This document shows, piece after piece, positions 9,330 through 18,924 of a DNA stretch of 64,000 bases. Location: positions 3,249 to 67,248 of the forward strand of contig CALFZO010000004.1 of assembly GCA_937952305.1 (NCBI GenBank), written 5' to 3'. Numbering within the stretch: position 1 is the first letter of the stretch; every line of letters starts with the position of its first letter. The translations under genes were made by a program, and so were the position numbers. Origin of the DNA: an uncultured Anaerolineales bacterium (GTDB lineage Bacteria > Chloroflexota > Anaerolineae > Anaerolineales > UBA6663). The notes under the pieces are model-generated. The model was not told where the DNA came from, ran no database searches, and saw only the letters and a list, made by a program, of their open reading frames with translations.

Positions 9330-9956
9330 CTACGCAATCAACTGCCGGACGATCCGCGTGGCGACGGAGGCGTCCGCCGCGTAGGCGTCGGCGCCGATTT
9401 TCCGGGCGTAAGCGTCGGTCACCGGCGCCCCGCCGATCACTACCTTGACGTGCTCGCGCACGCCCGCGGCCCGCAGAGCCTCCATCGTCTTCAGCATGCT
9501 CGCCATGGTCGTCGTCAGCAAGGCCGACATCCCGATGACCTGCGCGCCGTTCTGGACAGCCTGAACGAACTTTTCGGGCGGGACATCCGTCCCCAGGTCC
9601 TCCACCTCGAAGCCGGCGCCTTCCAGCATCATCACCACCAGGTTCTTGCCGATGTCGTGCAGGTCACCTTGGACGGTGCCGATGGCCACCTTTCCCGCCG
9701 ACTGGACGTCCGTGGCCGCCAGAGCCGGCTTGAGCAGCTTCAGGCCGGTCTGCATGGCCCGGGCCGCGAAGAGCATCTCAGGCACGAAGATCTCGCCCTC
9801 CTCGAAGAGGCGGCCGACCTTGGCCATCGCCTGAATGAGGGCCTCATTGAGGATCCGGTCAGCGGGGATCCCCTGTTCGAGGGCCGAGCGAACGCCGGCC
9901 TCAACCGCCGCCATTTCGCCCTCAACTACGTTCTGGAAGATTTGCTCGAGAGTCAT
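9330..9956 (-). CDS. corrinoid (cobalamin)-binding protein
   Basis: B12-binding cap helix bundle followed by GTVQGDLHDIGKNLV (DxHxxG base-off/His-on motif) and MSALLTTT. At 208 aa it is typical of methyltransferase-cognate corrinoid proteins. Confidence 0.92.
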   Translation of the reverse strand: MTLEQIFQNVVEGEMAAVEAGVRSALEQGIPADRILNEALIQAMAKVGRLFEEGEIFVPEMLFAARAMQTGLKLLKPALAATDVQSAGKVAIGTVQGDLHDIGKNLVVMMLEGAGFEVEDLGTDVPPEKFVQAVQNGAQVIGMSALLTTTMASMLKTMEALRAAGVREHVKVVIGGAPVTDAYARKIGADAYAADASVATRIVRQLIA

Positions 9957-9984
9957 GGTGTCACCTTTGCTAGGAGAGTGCGAG

Positions 9985-12738
9985 TCATTGGGTTGGGCGC
10001 TGGGCCGGCAACGCCTTCAGGCCTTCCAGGATGTTGCGCCTGACGTCGGCCGGAATGAGGTGGCGGTCAATCGCCGCAATCTGGTTCAAGGAGTAATCCC
10101 GCAACCAGAAAAGTTTGGAATAATCGGCGACCTGCTGGAGCTCGCGCATCAGCACGGCACGGGACTCCGGCCAGGCCAGCAGGTCTCGTAAGCTCACGTC
10201 CGCATCCAAGCCGGGCGTGAAACTCGACCAGCGCGCGTCGTACGCAGCGGCCAACCGATAGCCGGCCGTGATCCGGAACCGGGCGCGCTGGCGAATGTCC
10301 TGGGCTGAACTGCCAATCTGCACCTCGAACTCGCCTGGCTCGGCGATCCAAGCCTTCTGGCGGGGGTCATAGTAGGCCAGTTCCCGCGGCGAGAGGCTAA
10401 ACCCAACTTCCCGGGCTTCGCCCGGAGCCAGCTGGATTTTCTCGAAACCTTTCAGCTCCTTGGGCGGCCGGACCAGGCTTGACACGCTGTCGTGAACGTA
10501 GAGCTGCACCACGTCGCTCCCAGCCCGGGCACCGGTATTGGTCACCCTCAGGGACACCTGAACGGCCAACGTGTCAGCCAGCTCTTTGACTTCGACCTCA
10601 AGGGTGGAGTAATCGAAGGTGGTATAGGACAGGCCATGGCCAAACGGGAACAGAGGGGCCATCCGCTTCGCGTCGTAGTAGCGGTAGCCGACAAATATCC
10701 CCTCCCCATAGCGAACGGTGCCGTTCTCACCCGGGTAGTTCAGGAAAGCCGGCGTCTCCTGCAAGCTCACGGGGAAGGTGACCGGCAGCTTGCCAGACGG
10801 GTTGACCTGCCCCAGGAGTACATCCACGATGGCGTGGCCTTGTTCCTGGCCGGTATACCAGGCTTGGATAACCGCCCCAACTTGGCCGATCCATCGGCTC
10901 ATATCGACCGGTGCGCCGCTGACGACGACCACCACCGTGTTCCGATTCGCCTGGGCAATCTGCTGGATCAGGGCCTCTTGCTGACCGGTGAGGTTCAGAT
11001 TGGGACGGTCACGCCCCTCAGTCTCACGGCCATCGGCCAGGCCGACACACACCACCGCGACCTCGGCCTCCGCCGCGGCTGCGGCCGCGCTAGCCATCTC
11101 ATCGACCGAACCCGGCAGCCGGCAGCCAACCCTGAAGCTGTAGTTATGCTCACAGTTGCGCTGATAATGGATGCACAAGCGATACGGTGTGCCGGCCGTC
11201 AACTGGATCGCTCCGGTCGCTGCGGCTTCATACTGCGTTGATGGGACCGCCCGGCCGACCCCCTGATCGATCAGCACCTGATCGTCAACCGCCAGCCGGC
11301 CCAGGCCATTGTTCGTCAGGCCAAACACATACTCGCCGGTCGTCGGCGGGACGAAATAACCCGTCCACCGGGCAGAAAAATCCACGTTGGCCAGTTGCCC
11401 CGGGATTGGCGCCCCCTTGCTGAGTCGAATTTCCTGCGGCCGAAAGCAATGGACGGGAGCGCCGCCCAGGGTGGGCTGCCCAAAGTACTCACAGTTGAAA
11501 CCGCGTTCGGTCAGGGCCTCGTCGGCGTAGACGTGCTCTGCCGTCAGGCCGGGCAGCGAACCATCGGCGCTGCAGCCTGGTTGGTAGCGGATAGAAATCC
11601 GGTCACCGCACCGCTCCGTCAGGCTTTGCAGCACGGACACCGCATAGTGCGGGTTGACCCGCGCACTGCCGTGGCCCTGGATCACCGGATCTTTGGCCAG
11701 CGGTCCAATGAGGGCGATCGACCGTATCGCGCTGGCCTCCAGCGGCAACTGCCCGTTGGAGTTTTTCAACAGGACGATGGCCTCACCCGCGGCCAGACGC
11801 GCCAGCTCCGCCTGGCCGCGCTGCGAGAAGTCGGCCGCCGCCGATGCCGCGGAGGGCTGGCGGTCGGAGGCGCGCAGGACCAGCGTCAGGATCCGGCGCG
11901 CCCGTTCATCCAGCGCCTGTTCCGGTACCTCGCCCCGGGTCACCGCCTCAAAGAGCTCCTGGCGGGCGGCGGCCTTGCCGCCCGGCATTTCGAGATCCAG
12001 GCCGACCTGGGCGGAAGCGAGGCGGTCATAGACCGCATACCAATCGGAGATCACGGGGCCGTCGAAGCCCCATTCGGTCTTCAGCACCGCGCTCAGGAAT
12101 TCCTGGCTTTCGGACAGGGAAGTGCCGTTGACCTTGTTATACGAGCACATCAGGCTCCAGGCGCGGGCCTCTGTGACGGCGGATTCAAACGCCGGCAGGT
12201 AGATCTCGCGCAAAGCCCGTTCATCCACTTCCGAATTCAGCGTCAGGCGCTCAAACTCGGAGTTGTTGCAGAGAAAGTGCTTGACACACGCCCCCACGCC
12301 CTGGCTCTGCAAGCCCTCGATGTAGGCGGCCGCCAAACGGGCGGATAACCAGGGGTCTTCCGAGAAGTACTCGAAGTTGCGCCCGCACAGCGGCGAACGC
12401 TGGATGTTCACGGCCGGCCCCAGCAAGACATGGCAGCCCTGGGCCTGCGTCTCGGCGCCTAAAGCCGCCCCGACCTGCCGGATCAACGCCTGGTTCCAGG
12501 TCGCGGCCAGTGCGCTACCGGTCGGGAAAGCGGTGGCCGGCCGGCTGTCGATGGCCCGCAGTTCATTGCCGACGTATCGGACGCCATGCGGCCCATCGAC
12601 CACGCGGATGGCGGGAATCCCATGTTGATCGAACGCCTGCGTGTGCCAAAAATCAGCGCCGATGCAGAGCGCCACCTTCTCCGGCAGGCTCAGCGCGCGC
12701 ACCAACTGGTTGACTTTCTCGCCGACCTCCACAACCAT
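9985..12738 (-). CDS. glycoside hydrolase family 3 beta-glucosidase with PA14 insert; cytoplasmic
   Basis: GH3 N-domain with the ISDWYAV nucleophile region. PA14-like insert (FSARWTGYFVPPTTGEYVFG). C-terminal Fn3-like domain (LKGFEKIQLAPGE). No signal peptide. Confidence 0.9.
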   Translation of the reverse strand: MVVEVGEKVNQLVRALSLPEKVALCIGADFWHTQAFDQHGIPAIRVVDGPHGVRYVGNELRAIDSRPATAFPTGSALAATWNQALIRQVGAALGAETQAQGCHVLLGPAVNIQRSPLCGRNFEYFSEDPWLSARLAAAYIEGLQSQGVGACVKHFLCNNSEFERLTLNSEVDERALREIYLPAFESAVTEARAWSLMCSYNKVNGTSLSESQEFLSAVLKTEWGFDGPVISDWYAVYDRLASAQVGLDLEMPGGKAAARQELFEAVTRGEVPEQALDERARRILTLVLRASDRQPSAASAAADFSQRGQAELARLAAGEAIVLLKNSNGQLPLEASAIRSIALIGPLAKDPVIQGHGSARVNPHYAVSVLQSLTERCGDRISIRYQPGCSADGSLPGLTAEHVYADEALTERGFNCEYFGQPTLGGAPVHCFRPQEIRLSKGAPIPGQLANVDFSARWTGYFVPPTTGEYVFGLTNNGLGRLAVDDQVLIDQGVGRAVPSTQYEAAATGAIQLTAGTPYRLCIHYQRNCEHNYSFRVGCRLPGSVDEMASAAAAAAEAEVAVVCVGLADGRETEGRDRPNLNLTGQQEALIQQIAQANRNTVVVVVSGAPVDMSRWIGQVGAVIQAWYTGQEQGHAIVDVLLGQVNPSGKLPVTFPVSLQETPAFLNYPGENGTVRYGEGIFVGYRYYDAKRMAPLFPFGHGLSYTTFDYSTLEVEVKELADTLAVQVSLRVTNTGARAGSDVVQLYVHDSVSSLVRPPKELKGFEKIQLAPGEAREVGFSLSPRELAYYDPRQKAWIAEPGEFEVQIGSSAQDIRQRARFRITAGYRLAAAYDARWSSFTPGLDADVSLRDLLAWPESRAVLMRELQQVADYSKLFWLRDYSLNQIAAIDRHLIPADVRRNILEGLKALPAQRPTQ

Positions 12739-12838
12739 GTCCCCTCCCGCCCGGTGCCTGCCTGGGAGCCGGATAGTCCGACTCTGGGTTTAGCCAAGTC
12801 TGTGGGCCGCCCACCCCGCTGTGGCGCTGGCTGGCGCC

Positions 12839-13963
12839 TTAATCCGTCAAGACCCACTTTCGCCGTTTGATCCACCCGGGAGCCTTTTGGAGCAGTTCGC
12901 GGGCTTGCTCTTCCGAGTCCGTCGATGTGATCATCAACAGGCCTTCTGGCTCCAGTTCCCGGACCAGGGTTTCGACCTCCCAGTCCTTGCAGTACACCTG
13001 CAGCAACTTGCCGCCGGCCTGGATCCGGCGCAACAACGGCAGCCATTGGCTGGTGGGCGCGGCCCCCTCTCCCTGGATCCATTGGATCCCGGTTAGCCGC
13101 GGCAGGGCCAGCAGCGCGTCCAGGTGGCGGATCGCGCCGGGGCCGTCCAGGTGGTAGATCGTCCGCTCGACCCAGCGGGTCTGCTGCTCAAGAGCCGGCA
13201 AGAAATGCTCGTTGAACATTTTCGGGGAGATCATGATCGAGAAATCGCACTGCAGATCGGTATAGGGGATGTCCGTCCGCAGCTGGATCCAATTGTGATA
13301 GCCCCCGATGTACTGGTGGATGACGCCATGGCAGGCCTGCCAATAGCGGTACCAGGTATCGTTCAGCTCCTCCAGGGCGGCGCGCACGACGCCCGGGTGA
13401 TCCATCAGGTCGAGGGCCAATTCCTGCGAGCCGCGGAGCAGAGCCAAGATCTGGCTCGGCCCGTTCAAATCCGGGATGCCGACATAGAAGCGGTTCTTGG
13501 CGATCCGCGCGCCGGCCTCCAGAAGCTGCCGGGTCAGGCGCCACCAGGGGCTGTCCGGGTCGAATTGGTACGTTGGGCGCTGTTCCCAGTCCGTTAAGAC
13601 CGGGTCCGCCCAGGCCGTCCCGGCCGGCCCCAGCAGGCGGTACGGGCAGCCCAGGTACGCCGCCATGATGGCCACCATCCGTGAAGAGACGGGGAAGACG
13701 ATCGGAAAGGCCTCGCCGCCCCAAAAGAGGGAGTCGACCTGCCGGTTGATGCGCCGCAGGATATGGTCCGGGTTGGTGAACCAATCCGTGATCTCGGCCT
13801 GGGGAACGCCGGCCGGACTGACCACCTGGGCCAGGCTGTCCCAGGTGTGGCCCGCGCGCGGGGCGGTCACCTGAATGACCGGGCGATCGATGACCGCCCC
13901 CTCCCACCAGGCCGCGATCCGCTTTTCGGCTGCCTGCCAATCATCCTTTGTGGTGAGTTCCAT
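12839..13963 (-). CDS. distant UroD-fold (methyltransferase-like TIM barrel) protein, function unknown
   Basis: The size and C-terminal IYHLDGPGAIRHLDALLALPRLTGIQW segment align by eye with the H-x-C region of the neighbouring UroD-family genes, but Cys is replaced by Asp. A GGAG sits upstream of the ATG. Confidence 0.45.
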   Translation of the reverse strand: MELTTKDDWQAAEKRIAAWWEGAVIDRPVIQVTAPRAGHTWDSLAQVVSPAGVPQAEITDWFTNPDHILRRINRQVDSLFWGGEAFPIVFPVSSRMVAIMAAYLGCPYRLLGPAGTAWADPVLTDWEQRPTYQFDPDSPWWRLTRQLLEAGARIAKNRFYVGIPDLNGPSQILALLRGSQELALDLMDHPGVVRAALEELNDTWYRYWQACHGVIHQYIGGYHNWIQLRTDIPYTDLQCDFSIMISPKMFNEHFLPALEQQTRWVERTIYHLDGPGAIRHLDALLALPRLTGIQWIQGEGAAPTSQWLPLLRRIQAGGKLLQVYCKDWEVETLVRELEPEGLLMITSTDSEEQARELLQKAPGWIKRRKWVLTD

Positions 13964-13974
13964 CGCCGGCGCTC

Positions 13975-15072
13975 CTAGACGTAGCCCTGGTACTGCCTGC
14001 CCTCATCCAACATGGCCAGGTAGTTCCTGACCGGGATGTAATTCGCCACGCTGTTGCCCGTCCCCAAGGCCCACCCGCCGCCCGGCGCACAGGCCTCGAT
14101 CACCTTGCGCGTATACGCCCGCACCTCGTCTTCAGTCGAGCGGGTGAGCGTGTCCACATCCAGGCCGCCCAGGATAGCCACCCGCTGTCCCCACCTGGCC
14201 TTGGCCTCGGCCACAGGCAGGATAACGTCCTCGAACGAATGCTTGGCGTCAATGCCCACCCCATCGATCAGTTCGTCCATGATCGTCTGCAGGTTGCCGC
14301 AGGAATGGAGCAGGAACGGCAGGTGGTGGGCGTGGGTGATCTCCACCAGCTTCTTTTGCCAGGGGAAGACGTACTGCCGCAGATACTTCGGAGAAATCAG
14401 AGGACCAGACTTGAAGCCCATGTCATCGCCCAGCCACATCGCCCCGATCCCCGGCCTCTCCGCAACGGCCGACCAAATTCCGACCAGCATCTCGCCCACC
14501 TTGGTCGCCACGGCTTCCACCAGGGCTGGATCTTCGCGCAGGGCAAACGACAGGTTCATCATGCCCATCAGCCACATCATGTTTTCCAGCTGGCCGCCCG
14601 GCCCCATGAAAATGATCTTCATGCCCTCCGGCAGGCGTTTGGCGACGTACTCCAGACTATGAAAGTCAAGGTCCGCCACTGTGGGCCAGCGATAGCGCTC
14701 GAAATCATCCCAGTTCGCGATGACCCCGGTCGCTTCATTCACCCAGGCCCGGTTGCCCTTCGACTGTTCCCCAGCGGTGTCCTTAATCTCCTGGCGGTTC
14801 AAAAGGAACACGAGCTGGCAGGGCACCGTGATGTAGTCATAGCCAGCTTCCAGCCAAAAGCGCAGGATCCGGTCAAAGGCATATTCCTGGGCGGCGTAAT
14901 CGATCGGGACGCCGATCGCGTTGGGGATCACGGGGATAGGCTCGCCAATCACAGCCGCCATAATCGGGTTGTCGGCGAACAGTTCGACAAACGGCAGGCG
15001 GTCCGGCTGGCCTTGGCGCCGGAGCACTTTTTCCAGCCGCGCGAAGTCGGGAGTGGGCGGATTGTGGATCAT
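13975..15072 (-). CDS. uroporphyrinogen decarboxylase-family methyltransferase (MtaA/MtbA-like, candidate MT-I)
   Basis: LLHSCGN (H-x-C) plus a downstream Cys in IEACAPGGG, which matches the zinc motif pattern of MtaA-type enzymes. An AAGGAGA RBS is present. Confidence 0.75.
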   Translation of the reverse strand: MIHNPPTPDFARLEKVLRRQGQPDRLPFVELFADNPIMAAVIGEPIPVIPNAIGVPIDYAAQEYAFDRILRFWLEAGYDYITVPCQLVFLLNRQEIKDTAGEQSKGNRAWVNEATGVIANWDDFERYRWPTVADLDFHSLEYVAKRLPEGMKIIFMGPGGQLENMMWLMGMMNLSFALREDPALVEAVATKVGEMLVGIWSAVAERPGIGAMWLGDDMGFKSGPLISPKYLRQYVFPWQKKLVEITHAHHLPFLLHSCGNLQTIMDELIDGVGIDAKHSFEDVILPVAEAKARWGQRVAILGGLDVDTLTRSTEDEVRAYTRKVIEACAPGGGWALGTGNSVANYIPVRNYLAMLDEGRQYQGYV

Positions 15073-15087
15073 GAAGAAGTGTCTCCT

Positions 15088-15933
15088 TCAGCCTTTGATA
15101 CCGGACAGAGCGGTTCCTTGCACAAAATACCGCTGCAAGACGATGACCAGGATGATCACGGGGATAACCGACATCGCCCCGCCCGCGATCTGCAGGTAGC
15201 GGCTGACGCCCATATACCCCTGCAGCGCCAGCACAGCCAGATTGATCGTCCAATTGGCACGATCGCTGAGCACGATCAGCGGCCAGAGCAGGTCATTCCA
15301 GTGGTACAGAAACGCGAAGGCGCCGAGCGTGGCCAGCGCTGGCCCGCACAGCGGCAGCGCGACCGTGCGGTAGATCATGAACTCCGAGGCCCCGTCCATT
15401 CTGGCCGCATCAATGAGGTCGTCCGGGATGTCCAGCATGAACTGGCGCATCATGAAAACGCCAAAGGCCGTGACGAAATGCGGCGCCATCACGCCCAGCA
15501 GCGTGTTGTTGATATCGATCTGGTTGATCATCCAGAACCACGGGATGATGTTGATAAACAGCGGGATCGTCATGCTGCCCAGCAGCAGCAAAAAGACCAG
15601 GTCCCGGCCGGGAAACCGGTATTTGGCGAAGCCAAAGCCGGCCAGGGAGCTGGTGAACAGCTGCACCAGGGTCACACCACCGGCCACGATCAGGGTGTTG
15701 AGGTAGGGTCGCAGACCCTGAATTCGCCCCCAGGCTACCTGGAAGTTTTGCCACTGGGGAATAGCTGGCAGAAACCGCCCCGGGATAGCGGCCGATTCGG
15801 CCTCCGTCATCAGGGCCATCGAGATCATGTAGAAATACGGGAAAGTGATCACCGTGACCACGACGATCATGATCAGGTAAATCAGGAGCAGATTCGCTTG
15901 CGACTGCAGGCGCGGCCGGTTCAACCTTGTCAT
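15088..15933 (-). CDS. carbohydrate ABC transporter permease (MalG-like)
   Basis: Six-TM pattern with EAA-type loop AARMDGASEFMIYRTVALP. The track ORF (to 16143) overlaps the upstream permease. The internal ATG at 15933 (M71, MTRLNRPRLQ) fits the 19-nt intergenic gap. Confidence 0.88.
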   Translation of the reverse strand: MTRLNRPRLQSQANLLLIYLIMIVVVTVITFPYFYMISMALMTEAESAAIPGRFLPAIPQWQNFQVAWGRIQGLRPYLNTLIVAGGVTLVQLFTSSLAGFGFAKYRFPGRDLVFLLLLGSMTIPLFINIIPWFWMINQIDINNTLLGVMAPHFVTAFGVFMMRQFMLDIPDDLIDAARMDGASEFMIYRTVALPLCGPALATLGAFAFLYHWNDLLWPLIVLSDRANWTINLAVLALQGYMGVSRYLQIAGGAMSVIPVIILVIVLQRYFVQGTALSGIKG

Positions 15934-15952
15934 CGGACACCTCGCAGGGCGT

Positions 15953-16918
15953 TCAAGAGCGCTGTTCGCGCAACAGGCGCAATTGAATGACGGATAGCGC
16001 CATGAGAATGGCGAACAGGATAAAAGCCATGGCGGCTCCCTGGCCAGCCCGCCCATTGACAAACACGGTTTTGTACATCTGCAAAACCACCGTGTTCGTC
16101 GCGTCGGCCGGCCCGCCATCGGTGCTGGAGATAACCAGGTCAAACACCTGCAGGCCGCTGATCGTGCTCATCACCGTCACGAACGCAATCACCGGCGTCA
16201 GCTGGGGCAGCGTGATGTACCAGAACTGCTGCCAGCCGTTGGCGCCATCGATACTGGCCGCTTCCGCGTACTCTTCCGGGATCCCTTGCAGACCCGCCAG
16301 GAAGACGATGGCGTAATAGCCGACAAATTGGTACGTCCCCATGATGATCACGGCGATCAGGGCTGTATCCGGGTTGGTCATCCAGCCCACCGCCGGGAAA
16401 CCCAGGAACCCGGTTATTGTGTTCAGGATCCCGAAGTCTTTGTGAAACATGTTCGCCCACATGTGGCCCAGAACGACGGGCGAGGTGGCCATGGGCAGGA
16501 AGAGGGCGACCCGCCAAAAGCGCAGGCCTTTGAGTTTCGGGTAGTTCATCAGCATGGCCAGCGCCAGGCCGATCACCACATTGCCGATCACCCGGGCCAC
16601 GGCGTAGTATCCAGAATTGATCAGGGACGGGAGAAACCGCTTGTCGAGCGTCAGCAGAAATTCGTAGTTTCGCCAGCCGACCCACTTGGCTTCGGTCAGG
16701 CTGGCCAGAGGATTCCAGCTGTGCAGGCTGATCCAAAAACCAAACAGCAGCGGGCCCAGGATCACGATCAGCAAGAAGAGGGTCACCGGCAGGACAAAGA
16801 GAAAGCCCCACCGCTCGCGCCTCTGCGCGATGGAGATTCTGCGACCGGGCCGTGGTTGGTTTGGGGCGACGGCTTCACGCCCGGCCAGGGGGTTCACGGT
16901 CGTTCCATTTGTTGGCAT
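15953..16918 (-). CDS. carbohydrate ABC transporter permease (MalF-like)
   Basis: EAA-type loop EAASIDGANGWQQFWYITLP and a multi-TM profile. Confidence 0.88.
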   Translation of the reverse strand: MPTNGTTVNPLAGREAVAPNQPRPGRRISIAQRRERWGFLFVLPVTLFLLIVILGPLLFGFWISLHSWNPLASLTEAKWVGWRNYEFLLTLDKRFLPSLINSGYYAVARVIGNVVIGLALAMLMNYPKLKGLRFWRVALFLPMATSPVVLGHMWANMFHKDFGILNTITGFLGFPAVGWMTNPDTALIAVIIMGTYQFVGYYAIVFLAGLQGIPEEYAEAASIDGANGWQQFWYITLPQLTPVIAFVTVMSTISGLQVFDLVISSTDGGPADATNTVVLQMYKTVFVNGRAGQGAAMAFILFAILMALSVIQLRLLREQRS

Positions 16919-17016
16919 GTGTCAACCCCAATCCCCAGACAGGAATCCAACCCGATGCCAGGGCTTGGGCCAAACGGCCCAAGCCCTGATCCTAGTTTAC
17001 CGGCCCGCTAACGCCT

Positions 17017-18378
17017 TCACGGCATCTGCAGCAACGCATCCACTTGTTCGGCGGCGTCGTTGAGCGCCTCTTCTGGTGTTTTCTTGAGGAACCAGGCGTT
17101 CTCTAGTTCGACATTAATGATGTTGACGGCCTCTTCATACTGCGGGAAGGCCAGGGGCGCCCTGGCGTAACTCTGCGCCTCCACAAAAGCCGGGAACACG
17201 TCGGTGGAGAACACGTCCTTCATCGCCTCGAGGTCGCCGAACCGCGCCGGCATCACCGAAGCGATATCGTAGTAGAACTGCGCGCAGCGCGTTGGCTTGC
17301 CTTCGCCCAGGGTTTCCTGGGTAAACCAGCGGATGAAGTCCCAGGCCGCCTCTTTATTGGGCGATTTCTCATTGACGAAGATGAACCAGGAGTACACGAT
17401 CGCCCCGGACTCCTTGCCGTTGCCATGCGGAACAGGCGCCGAGCCGAATGCGGCTGGATCATTGTACGTGGTCAGATAGAACCGCACCCAGTTGGGCAGA
17501 ACCGTAATCGCGACGCGATCGGTGTACCAATCGGTGTAGGTCAACTCCGGATTGAAGGCTCCGGCCTGGACGAGGTCGGTCATCAGGGTGAGCACTTCCA
17601 CGCCTTCAGGGCTGTTGAAGGCCGATTTCGACATATCCTCGGCGAAGATATCCCCCCCGTTCGAATACAGCAGTGACGCAAACGGCAGGTACTCCGAGTT
17701 CAGGTTGCCCACCCACTCCGAATAGCCGTATTGAATGGTGTTGCCCTCGGCATCCTTCTTGGTCAGCTTGAGGGCGTACTCCTTGAGCTCTGCCAGGGTT
17801 TCCGGCGGGCGCGAATAGCCGGCCTCCGCGAGCATCGCTTTGTTGTACAGCATGACGGTCGTGTTGGCGTCCATCGGCACGCCGTGTATCTTGCCATCCC
17901 AGGTCACCGCGTCGATGACGCCCTGCGGGTAGTTCTTCTGCACATCGGCCACGATGTCCGCCGGCACCTCCGACAGGATCCCGCTTTGGGCCAGGTTGCC
18001 CACCCACCAGGCCGGCAGCTGATACAAGTCCGGCGGGTTATCCCCCAACTGATCGGTCGCAACGCGCGCCTGCAAATCCGCGAAGGCTGTCGAAATCTGC
18101 TCGACGGTTACATTCGGGTGCAGTTGGTTGTACTCGGCCAGATACGTTTCCAGGCCGGCATGCCAGGTTTCATTGACCAGGTGGTTGCTGATGCTGAGTT
18201 TGACCGGCGCCGGCGGCTGGGTGGGACCCGCGGCCTGGGTCGGCTCCGGCGCGTTGGTATTGGCCGGCGCGCTGGTGGGGGTGGCTGCCGGCGCGCAACC
18301 GGCGAGCAATAGAGCGGCGACGAGAATCAGCTTCCCCTGGGGGAAGAACATCCGCATCAGGTGGTTTCGCTTCGACAT
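17017..18378 (-). CDS. extracellular solute-binding protein (family 1, sugar/oligosaccharide), lipoprotein
   Basis: Lipobox-like LLLAGCAPA after a hydrophobic N-terminus, then a Thr/Pro/Ala linker. It lies upstream of the two CUT1-type permeases. Confidence 0.88.
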   Translation of the reverse strand: MSKRNHLMRMFFPQGKLILVAALLLAGCAPAATPTSAPANTNAPEPTQAAGPTQPPAPVKLSISNHLVNETWHAGLETYLAEYNQLHPNVTVEQISTAFADLQARVATDQLGDNPPDLYQLPAWWVGNLAQSGILSEVPADIVADVQKNYPQGVIDAVTWDGKIHGVPMDANTTVMLYNKAMLAEAGYSRPPETLAELKEYALKLTKKDAEGNTIQYGYSEWVGNLNSEYLPFASLLYSNGGDIFAEDMSKSAFNSPEGVEVLTLMTDLVQAGAFNPELTYTDWYTDRVAITVLPNWVRFYLTTYNDPAAFGSAPVPHGNGKESGAIVYSWFIFVNEKSPNKEAAWDFIRWFTQETLGEGKPTRCAQFYYDIASVMPARFGDLEAMKDVFSTDVFPAFVEAQSYARAPLAFPQYEEAVNIINVELENAWFLKKTPEEALNDAAEQVDALLQMP

Positions 18379-18771
18379 CTTGCTCCTCCAAGTTTGTCAT
18401 CTGACAGGCAAAGATCGACCGCGTGACGGTGGTGCGCTCCACTTGGTTCAAGGGCGTCTGGTTGTGAGCACCTCCTATTTCGCTTAGGCGGCTGGCTAGG
18501 TGGGTGGACAGGTTGCCGACCTAGCCCGTTCCCGATTGGTTGGCATTCAGGCGCTTCAAGGGCACGACTTCCCCAGGGTGCAGTCAGCGGCTCCTGCGCG
18601 GCCAAACTTGACCTGCCCGCCTCGGAAACATCGCGGGTTACCCCGACAACCAAACGTTCAGGTCAGCCCGCTCTGGCTCCGGCCACAAGGGAGGCCGTCT
18701 CCACTGTTAGCACCATGACCTTGCCGACCCCTCATCTGCGGCCTTCTAGCACAGTCAGGCCACGACTGTAA

Positions 18772-18787
18772 ATTCAAAATTTTGAAT
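18772..18787. promoter_or_regulatory. perfect 16-bp palindrome ATTCAAAATTTTGAAT, candidate operator
   Basis: Read directly from the sequence. It lies just downstream of the predicted -10 of the transporter-operon promoter. The half-site ATTCAAAAT recurs at 18836-18844 and 2963-2971. Confidence 0.5.
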
Positions 18788-18790
18788 ACA

Positions 18791-18818
18791 ATAATAACAA
18801 AAACACAAGAACAGTCAA
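18791..18818 (-). promoter_or_regulatory. promoter candidate for the SBP/permease operon (TTGACT-16-TGtTATTAT)
   Basis: On the minus strand, the -35 TTGACT is at 18818-18813 and the extended -10 TGtTATTAT ends at 18791. It sits in an AT-rich island within a GC-rich genome. Confidence 0.45.
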
Positions 18819-18924
18819 GATATCACCCAATAAATATTCAAAATGCCGTCTCAAAACCGTGTCTTGGCACGCGCTCGTTACCCCAGTCTTCATTCAGGCT
18901 CTGCCCCCTGGCTAATGCGTCCGC

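Noticed and set aside
14239-15990. 583-aa plus-strand ORF over the UroD-family gene and ABC permease
   Set aside because: It is antisense to genes with a good RBS and clear motifs, and its composition is low-complexity His/Arg/Gln/Asp-rich. The same reasoning applies to 10492-11241, 11395-12348, 6606-7424 and 7615-8283.
15934-16143. N-terminal extensions of track ORFs (15088-16143, 37516-38703, 58098-58877, 42331-43500, 38478-39812, 6066-7688)
   Set aside because: The extensions overlap upstream genes or consist of Arg/Gly/Pro-rich sequence. Internal ATGs restore typical protein lengths, sensible intergenic spacing and, in several cases, a visible RBS.
18379-18770. Possible cobalamin riboswitch in the long leader of the transporter genes, which would be attractive because the operon is corrinoid-dependent
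   Set aside because: Reading the minus-strand RNA, I could not find the B12 box (GCCACUG-type) or the GGUG...AAxxCC core. Only vague GGGAA-like fragments are present. A repeated 9-mer (TTCAAGGGC at about 18446 and 18554) is compatible with chance in 400 nt. A cmsearch would be needed before any claim.
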